A stretch of 64,000 nucleotides of DNA from Eledone cirrhosa (GCA_964016885.1 OZ024746.1:98952001-99016000), one strand, 5' to 3'. Shown: positions 1 through 14,008, counted from the stretch's first letter. Numbers and translations are program-made. Notes: a model not told the origin generated them from the sequence alone.

Positions 1-1365
1 AACCTGAACACCTCACGTTTTTGGTCCTCGCATTGTAGAACATGCTTGAACTTTATTTCCTCTGCTTCCCTTCTTGCAAGGTACACTTGTCTCCTAGCTT
101 CCCTCCTGGCCACTTGATAGTCTTCTCTACATCCCCCATCCCCCCATACTTTCCAAGTTTGCTTTTTGGCCTTGATTGACTCCTCCACCTTACTGTTCCA
201 CCACCATATAACTCTCCTCCTGCCTATAGGTCTGCTCCAGCCACAGGTTTCATCTGTCGCCTTCAGCAGGTTAACTTTCAGGAATTCCCACTGTTCCTCT
301 ATACTGTACGTCTCTAATTGCTCTTCCTTATTGTCAAAAGCATCAAGTAGTATGCTTTTAAATTTGTTACTGGCTGTGGGGTCCTTTAACTTCCATATTC
401 TTCTCCTCAGGGTAGTCCTCCTCTTGTTGAGTACGTCTAGTCCTAACTATGAGGCTATGTTGGGAGGTGCATTCTTCGCGGGGGAGGGATTTAGTGTTTA
501 CAACTGACACTTTGTCACGTATTCTGGTGAGGATATAATCTATCTGACTGGCATGTTCCCCTGATCTATAGGTGATCAAGTGATTGTCTCGTTTTTTGAA
601 GTTTGTGTTACAGATAGTTAGGTTATTTGTGTCACAGAATTCCAGAATTCTGAAGCCTTCCTCATTTCTGGTACCAAACCCGTAGCCTCCATGGATTCCG
701 TCATAGCCGTCACAATGTTGTCCAACATGACCATTTAGGTCGCCAGCAATAATTATGTAGTCACTGTCGGTTAGTTGGGAGGTAGTGAGTATTAGCGACT
801 CATAGAATCTGTCTTTTATAACGCCAGGCAGTCCAGATTGGGGTGCGTAAGCAGATATTATTGTCACAGTAGTTCTATTTAGGACAAGTCTTATTTTGAT
901 TATTCTGTCGTTCACTCTATTTACGTCAATTACCTTATCTACCTATTTTTCTGCTAACATAATTCCTACTCCACCCAGCCCATTTTCATTTCCCACCCAG
1001 AAAAGTTTATAGCATCGTTTTTTACCCACAATGAATCTAGCAGACCCACCCCTCCACCTAGTCTCTTGGACGCAACAAGCATCAACTTCCTTACATTCAA
1101 GCATCTCTGCAACCTCGTTAGAGCGACCTTTTAAAGTGCCTATATTCATGGTACCAACTCTGAAGTTTTGAATTTTGTTTGATAGCTGGAAGGTGTTGGG
1201 AGGGGTGAGGGAGATGGGGTTATGTTTGCCATCCGCGTCTGAAATAAAGAGGAATCCTTGCATTTTTGTCCGGCCACATGAGGTGTATTTATCTTTATCT
1301 TTGACATTGTCATTTGAGTGTCCAGATTCTTCGTACTCTCCAGAATCCCACAGTCCATCTAGCAT
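1..1365 (-). mobile_element. RTE-clade LINE, 5' part of ORF (APE endonuclease plus linker), pseudogenised; continues beyond the window start
   Basis: ORFs 943-1365 and 367-915 are in one frame, separated by a TAG at 943-945 (probably from TGG). APE motifs VGTMNIGTL, CCVQETRW, ISAYAPQ, IAGDLNGHVG and SQIDYIL are present. After a frameshift near 440 the frame reads LKATDETCGWSR...WWWN, matching the RTE at 31520-33664. Confidence 0.93.
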
Positions 1366-1724
1366 ATCAAAGGCAACCAGGTTTAAACTTAAGGAGTGAA
1401 TAGTCGAGGCGGTGGTTTTGTGTAAGAGATTGGTAAGAGAGACGTATAAGCCGCTGAATTATGATTGGACCCTCTAATAATGGTGGCAGGGGGTGGCGAC
1501 TGGGGGAGGGGGGAAATGGGGAAGTTAACTAGAAGGTTATTTTTAAAAATCTAAACCTATAAATGGACATATAACAGTAATCAGTGTTTAAATACGAGAT
1601 GGTTATTAAACGAACGTATAACAGTAATCAGAGTTTAAATACAAGATTGTTTTTGAGGGTCTGACAGAATTAACAAATAAAATAGCTTGGATTCTAAGTA
1701 AATGGACTGTGTAAAAACATAGAG

Positions 1725-1885
1725 AGAGAGACAAGAAAATGGTCGTCCCAAGAAAACATACGTCAAGCAACTTGAGGACGATACTGGATACACTGCGGAA
1801 GAACTGGCAAACGCTATGAGAGACAGAGATGGATGGAGGAAACGTGTCGTAGAAAGCCGAGCAAGCTCGACCTGATGATGATGAT
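1725..1885 (+). mobile_element. 3' end of an RTE/RTEX-type LINE with (GAT)n tail
   Basis: Translates GRPKKTYVKQLEDDTGYTAEELANAMRDRDGWRKRVVESRASST* and is followed by tgatgatgatgat. Confidence 0.8.
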
Positions 1886-2636
1886 ATATATATATGTGAA
1901 ACTATGTATATATATATGTGAAACTATGTATGTATATGGGAAACTATATATATGTGAAACTATATATATGTGAAACTGTATATATATGTGAAACTATGTA
2001 TATATATGTGAAACTATGTGTATATATGTGAAACTATGTGTATATATGTGAAACTATGTATATATGTGAAACTATGTGTGTATATGTGAAACTATGTGTA
2101 TATATGTGAAACTGTATATATGTGAAACTATGTATATATGTGAAACTATATATATGTGAAACTGTATATATATGTGAAACTATGTGTATATTTGTGAAAC
2201 TATATATATATATGTGAAACTGTATATATATGTGAAACTGTGTATATATATGTGAAACTATGTATATATATGTGAAACTATGTGTGTATATGTGAAACTA
2301 TGTGTGTATATGTGAAACTGTGTATATATGTGAAACTGTGTATATATATGTGAAACTATGTGTGTATATCTGAAACTATGTGTGTATATGTGAAACTATA
2401 TATATGTGAAACTGTATATATATGTGAAACTATGTGTGTATATATATGTGAAACTATGTGTGTATATCTGAAACTGTGTATATGTGATACTGTGTATATA
2501 TATGTGAAACTGTGTGTGTATATGTGAAACTGTGTATATGTGATACTGTGTATATATATGTGAAACTATATGTGTATATGTGAAACTGTGTATATATATG
2601 TGAAACTGTGTATATATATATGTGAAACTGTATATA
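1886..2636. repeat. Minisatellite, unit TGTGAAAC plus a variable (TA/TG)n spacer (~18-24 bp)
   Basis: More than 30 consecutive tatgtgaaac cores are visible. Confidence 0.95.
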
Positions 2637-2795
2637 CACTGGTGTTGCAAAATAATATGGAGATGTTGAGGTTCTACAACTATTGGAATTTCATTCTCTC
2701 TACTGATATTGTTGTTATTGTTGTTGTTGTTGTTGTTTCTCTGTCTTCTCTTCTTATCTTCACTCTGTTTTAGTTGTTAAGATCTAGTGGGTGTA

Positions 2796-3180
<385 letters not shown>

Positions 3181-3184
<4 letters not shown>

Positions 3185-3350
3185 TTCTACAGGCCTAGAA
3201 CTGTTTCATTCAAAAGAAATCATCAAATTAAACAGTTCTAGTCCTGTAGAAGCCATTTCTATATTAAATATTGTATATACTCTACTAATGTATTGAGTAC
3301 TTCACTTACTGTGGTTACCCCCGATTGAACCTGGGACTCACTTATATCTA
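3181..3350 (+). mobile_element. Penelope-like terminal fragment with 26-bp fold-back and hammerhead-like 3' half
   Basis: Arms 3181-3206 and 3230-3255 are inverted with 1 mismatch. Downstream ACTCTACTA..GTATTGAGTACT motif is shared with the copies at 5164, 38553, 46752, 50713 and 56285. Confidence 0.55.
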
Positions 3351-4089
3351 TATATATATAAGGACGGGAACTTTCCTCAAGCTATATGGATAAACCCCGA
3401 TTATGGCCTCCCACAATGGCTGTAGGTTCCCTACACCCCGTACCAATGACCAATGGACAACAACAACCAACCATAGTTTGTGGTCCCTACAGTGGATTGT
3501 CCACTGGATCCTCTACTGGTTAGGAGTCAACAAAACCATGTTTATTGAACCTGAGGAACTCCTCCCCCCCACATCTCCAGGAGTGGCCCACACAGGAAGA
3601 ACAATTATCCCAAGGTACTAACCCTATACGCATGAATGAGCGCCCGCAACCGTGCGTTGTGTGTGTATACTGGGACTGCGTGAATGTACACACTCATGTG
3701 AACGCAACGAAATACTAATACCCCAGGCTGGATTTGAAAAATGTTCGAGTGTATGCTTAGGAGTATGTTTGTATATGCTCTCTTGTATGAGTGCACATGT
3801 GTATATAGACATACACGCGCATCCAGAGGTATAAAAGTGTGGGTGGGTATATATGTCTGTACTAAGGGATTCACCTAAGCCCCAAAGCTATTGCTGTGAA
3901 GATATATATCACACTCTACCTTTGTCTAGTCTAAACAATAACTTTTCCAAACACCCACTTTACTTTTCTTTAAAAATAACACCGACTTAGTTTATGTCTG
4001 CCTTATACTTGGATTTGGGGGCCTCTATTGTATATATATATGCACTTGTGCGTACATATATATATATACACACCTGTATGGATTTGTGT

Positions 4090-4370
4090 GTGTAGATGTG
4101 TATGTCTGAGGGCATAGGTGTGAGTGTATGTACAAGTCAACCAACATAAGTCTTTTTATTTTTAAAATTTCTAAACTTTCTAAGTATTTGACTCTAACCA
4201 TAATTTTCAGTATTACCACCCCACATAAACTCCTCAATTTGTATGTGTGGATGTGTGTGTGTCTGTGGGGATGGGTGTGAGTATGTGCAAGTCTTTTTAT
4301 ATGTAAATTTTCTAGTATTCTACTCTAACCATAATTTTCAGTAGTACCATCCCACATAAATTCCTCAATT
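4090..4370. repeat. Imperfect tandem duplication, 2 copies of ~100-150 bp
   Basis: The block ...tctaaccataattttcagta(t/g)tacca..ccacataaa..cctcaattt occurs twice. Confidence 0.75.
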
Positions 4371-4780
4371 TAAGAATGACCTGTAGTATCGAATTTCATA
4401 CTATAAACCTCAACTGAATATATATCTGACCAGGAATGCTTTTTGTGAAAATCAGTCATATGGAACTATTGTCATCTTGCCTGACGGTTTGAACTTTACA
4501 ACACCACCTGCCTCTTTGAGGTCAAATACTAATCATACTAGCATCTACAAACTGACCAATGGGAATTAAGACTATTCCTGCTGACAACATTAAACTATTC
4601 CTAACAAGCTCATATGTCCCAAGGTTCTGATACCATCAACACCATAAACACAGAGCTGGCATATCTAAGAACTGACTAACTGCCTGATGAGGTCATAGCC
4701 ATTCAATGGCTATCATCGAAATATATATAGCAGTAAATAAAGGATTATGAGTTCATGCAATTGACTTATGTTTCGTCACT
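4370..4780 (+). mobile_element. Penelope-like 3' remnant (ORF end and pLTR region carrying a hammerhead)
   Basis: RISYYKPQLNIY near 4390-4425 resembles the KPxLN C-terminus of Penelope GIY-YIG ORFs. A hammerhead follows at 4679 and the segment ends in a (TA)n tract. Confidence 0.5.
4679..4734 (+). ncRNA. Minimal type-I hammerhead ribozyme
   Basis: Stem I ACTGC/GCAGT; core CTGATGA at 4684-4690; stem II GGT-C-ATAGCCA-ttcaa-TGGCTAT-C-ATC; GAAA at 4718-4721; 1-bp stem III with palindromic TATATA loop; predicted cleavage after UA at 4729. Confidence 0.8.
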
Positions 4781-5163
4781 ATATATATATATATATATAT
4801 ACACACAAACACACACACACACACACACACACATACCCACACACATATATATATATATGTATCAATACAAGATCTGAGGCCATATTCAGTTTGTTCAAGT
4901 TTATTTGAAATCTGTTGTATATATTTCGTTGAGGACTATCAGTTATGACAGTCTAAGTTCTTCAGATGGTGAACCTATAAAACAATGAAATTTTATAAAA
5001 AAAACCCTTTTAAGTTTGGAAAACTCCAATAATTTCTTTGAGAGATTTTCTTTTCCGGTTAGACGTATGTATCTTGATACAGGGGGTAGCCGAACATAAG
5101 GTGTTGATTCTTCGATGGTTGGCCCCTATATAAATATATATATATATATATACGAAAATGTAT

Positions 5164-5325
5164 GACGGCTATTTCTGGACTATTTAGTCCAGAAATAGCC
5201 GTCGAAACGGCTTGAGCCCTGCTGTCGGAGTCATACATTTTCCTATTACCCACTCTACTACCCTAAGTATTGAGTACTCTGGTGCGTTATGGTCCATCTG
5301 GTTCCTTCCCACAACTCCTTTGTTA
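5164..5325 (+). mobile_element. Penelope-like terminal fragment with hammerhead-like 3' half
   Basis: 19-bp hairpin 5164-5203, then GAAA-CGGC-loop-GCTG-TC-GGAGTC, then the family tail CACTCTACTACCCTAAGTATTGAGTACTCTGGTGCG. Flanked by (TA)n. Confidence 0.65.
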
Positions 5326-5594
5326 TATATATATGTATATATATATATATATATATATAATAATTATATTTATAATAATTATATAAGGATATATATATAA
5401 TAATTATAAATATAATTATAAGGATATATATTATATAATTATTATAAATATAATTATAAAGATATATATAAGATAAGGGTAATATTATATGTTACCCAAT
5501 TACCAGTAAGAAAGTAGCTCAATGTAAAATATCAAGTACAACACGGAGCAGAAATACAACATAAACATCATTTGATTGTAATTTATGTTGTGTG

Positions 5595-5649
<55 letters not shown>

Positions 5650-6170
5650 ATTGTATATATATATATATTTATTCATATATTTATATATATTTATATATAT
5701 ATATATATATATGTCTGGATCGGTCGTCAGACATCTCTAAATATAAATATATATATATTTATATATATATACACACACACATATGTATATATATTCATTC
5801 TCTCTAGTGATATTGCTGTTAATGTATCTCTTTATGTCCACTCTTCTTCCTGTTCTCTTCAATCTGTTTTTGGTTATTGTTAAGATGTCTCTATAAAATG
5901 TTTACTACTTAATAGAATTCAAATTTTGCCACGATGTCTATATTGAAATCTATTTATTGTTAAACACTTACAGTTCATGCCAAAGGAGTACATCTTTATT
6001 GGGGTTGAAATTATTGTAAACCCAGTTCTGGGAATGTCACTGAGGAAGATCCAGTGAGTGATGTCTTCTGTCTATTTGTATTAAACCATATTGATTATAT
6101 TGAACTGTACCACATTGACTATATTGAAACTTGTTTTCTTTTTACATATTTATGATGACATACGCACACA

Positions 6171-6232
<62 letters not shown>

Positions 6233-6906
6233 CATATAGTTACAGTTTCATACACTGACAATGAGATCATATATTTCTTGTAGGATTCATATACTATACA
6301 TTTCTATTGTGTAGAGAATATAATTTATATCTTACATAAATCTTTGGTTCAAACCTACACATTAGAAAATAAATGGTTTGAGTTACAGACAAGAAAATAT
6401 TGAAACCATGTATTTATAGAAATGAAAATACAAGCTGAATTCAATAACACAGTTATTATATTATATTCTCTCAGCCTAAGTTTATATTTTTGTAAGTTAC
6501 ACAATGTATGTATGAGTTTATGTTGTTTAAATGTGTATTTGTAAGAATGTACACATCTTTATAATTGCTATATTTTCCAATTTTCTTTTCTATATTTTAA
6601 TTTATTTTTCTCCTTTACGTTAAAAAAGAGTTAATAGTTATCTCCCTTTGATGCTTATTTAAATTTCTTCCCATTTTTTCCCCCATTCAGAATACATTGC
6701 GTTGACATTTTTAATAAATCCAAAATGCGAACCAACTATATCTTGCCTTCTTTATTCCCTCCATTAAAAAAAAATGTTTCTGAAAACTGTTAATGCTTCA
6801 CGTACCTTTAATGTTGCATTTTTAATTTAATTAAAGTACTTTTTTGGTTTATGATTGACAAAGGGTTTTATTATTGAATAGGCTATGTAGTCGGTAAACC
6901 CTAAAG

Positions 6907-7153
6907 CAGGCGTGGGCAACCCCTTTCGAGAAGCAGGCCGCATGAGATATGGCTCAACATCAAGCGGGCCGCAAGCCCTAATTTACATTCGTACCCAAAT
7001 TTAAAAAAAAATGGGTGATAACTCAGGTTGTTTCCTTCAGAATTCCTACATGTTGTTTTCCTCGATCGTAAACATGATAGAAAGATAAATTACGACTAAA
7101 AGGTTGGGGTAAAACATCAGAAAGCTTCGTGGGCCGCAGGTTGCTCATGACTG
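6907..7153. mobile_element. hAT-type MITE
   Basis: TIRs CAGGCGTGGGCAACC / GGTTGCTCATGACTG (3 mismatches in 15). Exact 8-bp TSD CCCTAAAG at 6899-6906 and 7154-7161. Confidence 0.85.
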
Positions 7154-7399
7154 CCCTAAAGGGAAGCAACACACATCGCTATAGTGTTTCACCAGCCACT
7201 TCCATCTGTTTATGTATTTACCTGTAGATGTGTGTGTAGGTAACTAAAGTGTAACGTACGTTACAAATGGACGACTAAATGATTTTAACTAGTTTTTTAA
7301 CAATTGATGGTAGAAAGGATTTCAAATTGTCTTAACTTGGGCCGCAACTCATGGTGTCTGACACTCTTACCGGCTACATAGCCTCTTCCTTTTATTATA

Positions 7400-7743
7400 C
7401 TCTAATTCCGTAGAGGTTAGGCCTACAGGGTGGATAAAATAAAGTACCAGTAACACACTGGGTTGATTTATTTGACTTTCCCCTCCCCAAAAATTGTTTG
7501 TTTTGTGCCTAAAGCAGAAACCGTTATTTACTGGCAGTTTCGGTAGAGTATTGGGCAGTATACTTTGCGGCATAGAGTTACGGTCCTTTACGTTCTGAGT
7601 TCAAAATCCCGTCGAAGAGGTTAGCTTTGCTTTTCATCCTTACAGGGTCGATAAAATAAAGTACCAGTAATGAACTGGGGTCGATTCAATCGACTTTATC
7701 CTCCCAAAATTGTTGGATTTGTGCTTAAATCAGAAATCATTAT
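7400..7743 (+). mobile_element. Two adjacent copies of tRNA-derived SINE family A (first one partial)
   Basis: B-box GAGTTCAAAATCCC; central GCTTTTCATCCTTACAGGGTCGATAAAATAAAGTACCAG (resembles the Meta-domain as I recall it); tail TTGTGCCTAAA..AGAAA. Ten or more copies in the window. Confidence 0.85.
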
Positions 7744-7793
7744 TCACAGTTATATAAATAACATTACAAATAAAAAAGAAGTTATACAATTAA

Positions 7794-8014
7794 CCCTTTA
7801 GTATTTACATTACTCTATATTTACTATTATATCTTCACGGTATAAGATTAACCTTACATACTTATCTCTCATAATATTGAATCTATGAGATTTTGATGTC
7901 ATCTATTTTGAGTACAATACCTTCACATCAGTATGAGCACCCAGGTATAGCCAGTTTGAAGAGAAAGAGGTGAGATAATTCTGGCCAGATATGACTGGTT
8001 TAAATGCTAAAGGG
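7794..8014 (-). mobile_element. piggyBac-type TTAA MITE, full length
   Basis: TTAA|CCCTTTAGTATTTA ... TAAATGCTAAAGGG|TTAA. Confidence 0.85.
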
Positions 8015-8518
8015 TTAAAGAAACTTGTAAAATAATTTAATATGTGAAGATAGTTCTGCTGGTGGTAATTATTAATTAATTAATCCATGCAAAATATATT
8101 GTTAGTATTTTTTTTTTAAATCAGTTATTTTTTCTTTTAAAAAAAATGTGAAAAACAACAATAAAAAATATGACAAAAACAAAGAGAAATTTTCATAGTT
8201 TTGTTGTGAAAAGTATATCTATCTATATACTACTAAAATTCTGTGATTGTTTGCTTGTCTGTAATGCAATACAGCCAAAAGGGCGCATAATGGGAAAATA
8301 CTTTGACAGGAAGTTGGCCCTGAAATGGAGATACAAATGGAATGAAACAAGTTTTGTATAAATCGGAGCACGGGTTCCAGAGATACAGGGTTTTTCCAGG
8401 TACCTTCATAAATGGAGAGAGATAGAGATAGTGGTTGTGAGAGAGTAGATTGAAAGAGAGACATAGAGAGAGGGAGAGGAGAAGGAGAATAGAAGAGAGC
8501 TGGTGGTGGTGTTGTATG

Positions 8519-8569
<51 letters not shown>

Positions 8570-8639
8570 GTGTGTGTTTCCGTGACTATAACGAAATCAT
8601 GGTCATTACTTTTGACGTGAGAATCAAAAAGATGTATCT

Positions 8640-9335
8640 TGTTGCATTGACTACGAGCATTGTAAGTATTCTCATTCCACATTCGCGCCAGTGGAAGGTT
8701 CTGCAAGAGTATGGGATCGATGGTCAGCTTCTTGTTTCCCTGATGTCTCTATATGAATGACTGAGTATTTGTGTTTAGATAAATATTGCTAAATAAAAAC
8801 CATTCAATATGGGAGTTGGACTCCGCCAAGGGTGCGTAGTGTCACCTCTCCTGTTCATTATTTACATGAACAGGATTGACATGTTCAGCTGGGTTGGAAG
8901 TAGTATCATGACTGGCGGCTGTAAACTCACTCAGCTGGAATTTGCAGATGACAAGGTGTTACTTAACTTGACAGAAGATGATCTCTGACTTGCACTTGAT
9001 AGGTTTGATGCTGAGTGTTGCATGTCTGGAATTAAAATCAGTTCTGCGAAAACTGAGACACTCATCCTCTCAAGAAAGCCTACACAGTGCATTCTACATG
9101 TGAATGGAGTTCCACTGAAGCAGGTGGAGGAGTATCTTGTTGTAGCGTGTTCATGAATAATGTAAGAAAGGAGGTCAAATTTAGTGCAAGAATTGCAGGA
9201 GCTGGTGCAGTAATATGCCAGCTTCAGCATTCGGTTATCAGAAGAAGGGAGGTAGATGTAAAAGCCAATGTTGCTATCTTCAGTTTGTTATTTATGCCAA
9301 CCTTTACTTATGGTCATGAATCTTGGGTAATAGGA
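8640..9335 (+). mobile_element. Degraded RTE-clade LINE, RT domain (second family)
   Basis: GVGLRQGCVVSPLLFIIYM, LEFADD, GIKISSAKTE and TFTYGHESWVI motifs, with stops and frameshifts. Confidence 0.88.
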
Positions 9336-9380
9336 AATAATATATCTGTTTACATGTTGAATCCAATGTGTTATCCAAAT

Positions 9381-9972
9381 AAATAATGCTTTCTGATTTA
9401 GGCACAAGGCCAACAATTTTGGTACTTCATTTTATCGATCCCATAAGGATGAAAGGCAAAGCTAACTTCAGTGGGATTTGAACTCAGAGCGTAAAGGGCT
9501 GTAGCTCTATGCTGCAAAGCATATTGTCCGACGCTCTACTGATACTGCCAATCCATCGACCTTCATCATCATCATCATCACTGTTTAGCATCCATTTTTC
9601 CATGCTTGCATGTTCGACAGGTCATCCATACTGGGAGCAAGTCTGGCAGAGCTGGTCACACTGTACCTTGCTCTGACGAGGACTGTCAATTTGCTGGCTA
9701 TTTTACAGCTGGATGCCCTTCTTAACACCAACCCAACCTCGCCTGCAAATAATGATTTCTAGTATAGGCACAAGGCCAGTAATTTGGGGGGAGGGGGAAA
9801 GTCAATTAAATCAACCCAGTATATTACTGGGCCTTTATTTTATCAACCCCGTAAGGATGAAAGGCAAAGTTAACCTCGGCGGGATTTGAACTCAGAACGT
9901 AAAGGGCCATAACTCTATGCTGCAAAGCATGGCGTCCAACTCTCTACTGATACTGCCAATCCACCGCCCTCT
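9381..9972 (-). mobile_element. SINE cluster: family A (9381-9558, 9749-9972) and 3' part of family B (9562-9740)
   Basis: Reverse-complement matches to the family A core, and to the family B tail CATGGAAAAATGGATGCTAAAC..(GAT)n. Confidence 0.85.
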
Positions 9973-10065
9973 TACCTGTAAATAATAAAAAAAAACAATA
10001 ATAGCCTTTTTCTCTTCTTTGCTTATTTTCTACCAGAAGCAACTGTCTCCAAGTGATTTGGCTAC

Positions 10066-10349
10066 AGAGCTGGATTTAATGGAGTGCAAAGGGAGCAATT
10101 GCCCCAGCCCCCCTGCAGTGTGTGTGTGAGGAAGGGGGGGGGGGAGCACCAGTGACAGCTGTAGAAATTTAATTGTAACCTCAACTGGCCATTTTAGTTT
10201 TAGGATGGTTTAGAATTTTTTAAATTTAATACCTGTATGTATAACTTTTCAGTTCCAATGACTTGCACCAAGCTAACTTTGATATGTAAAATTGGGGGAT
10301 TTGCTGTGTTTTCTAATTTCTTGTGTATGAGGTGACCCCCAAACTTGAA

Positions 10350-10407
<58 letters not shown>

Positions 10408-10435
10408 ACCCCCCCCGGGGTTAAATCCAATGCAG
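10066..10435. repeat. Dispersed repeat with long G/C homopolymers; 10197-10335 recurs at 40047-40200
   Basis: A ~140-bp block TAGGATGGTT..ACCAAGCTAACTTTGATATGTAAAATTGGGGG occurs at both loci. Confidence 0.6.
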
Positions 10436-10572
10436 GTTGTTCATAGTTATACGGCCACAAAATATGGTGGTTAGTTGAAATATAAGTGGGCTTCTGCTAG
10501 ACAAAATAATCAAATTTGGACCAAACAATGGTATGCTACTAAAGGAGTTGCAGCAATAAGTGATACTGTTAA

Positions 10573-13500
10573 CCCTTTAGCATTTAAACTGACCGTATCT
10601 GGCCATAATTCCCACACCTCTTTCTATTTATCCCTTTAGCATTTAAACTGACCGTATCTGGCCATAATTCCCACACCTCTTTCTATTTATCCTTTAGCAT
10701 TTAAACTGACCGTATCTGGCCATAATTCTCACACCTCTTTCTATTTATCCCTTTAGCATTTAAACTGACCGTATCTGGCCATAATTCCCACACCTCTTTC
10801 TATTTATCCCTTTAGCATTTAAACTGACCGTATCTGGCCATAATTCCCACACCTCTTTCTATTTATCCCTTTAGCATTTAAACTGACCGTATCTGGCCAT
10901 AATTCTCACACCTCTTTCTATTTATCCCTTTAGCATTTAAACTGACCGTATCTGGCCATAATTCTCACACCTCTTTCTATTTATCCCTTTAGCATTTAAA
11001 CTGACCGTATCTGGCCATAATTCTCACACCTCTTTCTATTTATCCCTTTAGCATTTAAACTGACCGTATCTGGCCATAATTCTCACACCTCTTTCTATTT
11101 ATCCCTTTAGCATTTAAACTGACCGTATCTGGCCATAATTCCCACACCTCTTTCTATTTATCCCTTTAGCATTTAAACTGACCGTATCTGGCCATAATTC
11201 CCACACCTCTTTCTATTTATCCCTTTAGCATTTAAACTGACCGTATCTGGCCATAATTCTCACACCTCTTTCTATTTATCCCTTTAGCATTTAAACTGAC
11301 CGTATCTGGCCATAATTCTCACACCTCTTTCTATTTATCCCTTTAGCATTTAAACTGACCGTATCTGGCCATAATTCTCACACCTCTTTCTATTTATCCC
11401 TTTAGCATTTAAACTGACCGTATCTGGCCATAATTCTCACACCTCTTTCTATTTATCCCTTTAGCATTTAAACTGACCGTATCTGGCCATAATTCTCACA
11501 CCTCTTTCTATTTATCCCTTTAGCATTTAAACTGACCGTATCTGGCCATAATTCCCACACCTCTTTCTATTTATCCCTTTAGCATTTAAACTGACCGTAT
11601 CTGGCCATAATTCTCACACCTCTTTCTATTTATCCCTTTAGCATTTAAACTGACCGTATCTGGCCATAATTCTCACACCTCTTTCTATTTATCCCTTTAG
11701 CATTTAAACTGACCGTATCTGGCCATAATTCTCACACCTCTTTCTATTTATCCCTTTAGCATTTAAACTGACCGTATCTGGCCATAATTCTCACACCTCT
11801 TTCTATTTATCCCTTTAGCATTTAAACTGACCGTATCTGGCCATAATTCTCACACCTCTTTCTATTTATCCCTTTAGCATTTAAACTGACCGTATCTGGC
11901 CATAATTCTCACACCTCTTTCTATTTATCCCTTTAGCATTTAAACTGACCGTATCTGGCCATAATTCTCACACCTCTTTCTATTTATCCCTTTAGCATTT
12001 AAACTGACCGTATCTGGCCATAATTCCCACACCTCTTTCTATTTATCCCTTTAGCATTTAAACTGACCGTATCTGGCCATAATTCCCACACCTCTTTCTA
12101 TTTATCCCTTTAGCATTTAAACTGACCGTATCTGGCCATAATTCTCACACCTCTTTCTATTTAACTCTTTAGCATTTAAACTGACCGTATCTGGCCATAA
12201 TTCTCACACCTCTTTCTATTTAACTCTTTAGCATTTAAACTGACCGTATCTGGCCATAATTCTCACACCTCTTTCTATTTAACTCTTTAGCATTTAAACT
12301 GACCGTATCTGGCCATGATTCTCACACCTCTTTCTATTTATCCCTTTAGCATTTAAACTGACCGTATCTGGCCATAATTCTCACACCTCTTTCTATTTAA
12401 CTCTTTAGCATTTAAACTGACCGTATCTGGCCATAATTCTCACACCTCTTTCTATTTATCCCTTTAGCATTTAAACTGACCGTATCTGGCCATAATTCTC
12501 ACACCTCTTTCTATTTATCCCTTTAGCATTTAAACTGACCGTATCTGGCCATAATTCTCACACCTCTTTCTATTTAACTCTTTAGCATTTAAACTGACCG
12601 TATCTGGCCATAATTCTCACACCTCTTTCTATTTAACTCTTTAGCATTTAAACTGACCGTATCTGGCCATGATTCTCACACCTCTTTCTATTTATCCCTT
12701 TAGCATTTAAACTGACCGTATCTGGCCATAATTCTCACACCTCTTTCTATTTAACTCTTTAGCATTTAAACTGACCGTATCTGGCCATAATTCTCACACC
12801 TCTTTCTATTTATCCCTTTAGCATTTAAACTGACCGTATCTGGCCATAATTCTCACACCTCTTTCTATTTATCCCTTTAGCATTTAAACTGACCGTATCT
12901 GGCCATAATTCTCACACCTCTTTCTATTTATCCCTTTAGCATTTAAACTGACCGTATCTGGCCATAATTCTCACACCTCTTTCTATTTATCCCTTTAGCA
13001 TTTAAACTGACCGTATCTGGCCATAATTCCCACACCTCTTTCTATTTATCCCTTTAGCATTTAAACTGACCGTATCTGGCCATAATTCTCATACCTCTTT
13101 CTATTTATCCCTTTAGCATTTAAACTGACCGTATCTGGCCATAATTCCCACACCTCTTTCTATTTATCCCTTTAGCATTTAAACTGACCGTATCTGGCCA
13201 TAATTCCCACACCTCTTTCTATTTAACTCTTTAGCATTTAAACTGACCGTATCTGGCCATAATTCTCACACCTCTTTCTATTTATCCCTTTAGCATTTAA
13301 ACTGACCGTATCTGGCCATAATTTCCACACCTCTTTCTATTTATCCCTTTAGCATTTAAACTGACCGTATCTGGCCATAATTCCCACACCTCTTTCTATT
13401 TATCCCTTTAGCATTTAAACTGACCGTATCTGGCCATAATTCTCACACCTCTTTCTATTTAACTCTTTAGCATTTAAACTGACCGTATCTGGCCATAATT

Positions 13501-13930
13501 CTCACACGTCTTTCTATTTAACTCTTTAGCATTTAAACTGACCGTATCTGGCCATAATTCTCACACCTTTTTCTAATTATCCCTTTAGCATTTAAACTGA
13601 CCGTATCTGGCCATAATTCCCACACGTCTTTCTATTTAACTCTTTAGCATTTAAACTGACCGTATCTGGTCATAATTCTCACACCTTTTTCTAATTATCC
13701 CTTTAGCATTTAAACTGACCGTATCTGGCCATAATTCCCACACGTCTTTCTATTTATCCCTTTAGCATTTAAACTGACCGTATCTGGCCATAATTCCCAT
13801 ACCTTTTTCTATTTATCCCTTTAGCATTTAAACTGACCGTATCTGGCCATAATTCTCACACCTCTTTCTATTTAACTCTTTAGCATTTAAACTGACCGTA
13901 TCTGGCCATAATTCTCACACGTCTTTCTGT
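10573..13930 (+). repeat. 59-bp tandem satellite, ~57 copies, derived from the MITE left end
   Basis: Unit CCCTTTAGCATTTAAACTGACCGTATCTGGCCATAATTCYCACACCTCTTTCTATTTAT; copies are near-identical. Confidence 0.97.
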
Positions 13931-14008
13931 TCAAAACGGCTGTAACCAGTCACTCATACTTATGTTAAGGTATTTTTTCTCAAAATCTATAATAATTATG
14001 TAAGATAA

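Noticed and set aside
10573-13930. CRISPR-like regular array
   Set aside because: Units are contiguous with no unique spacers, there are no cas genes, the context is eukaryotic, and the unit is the end of a MITE.
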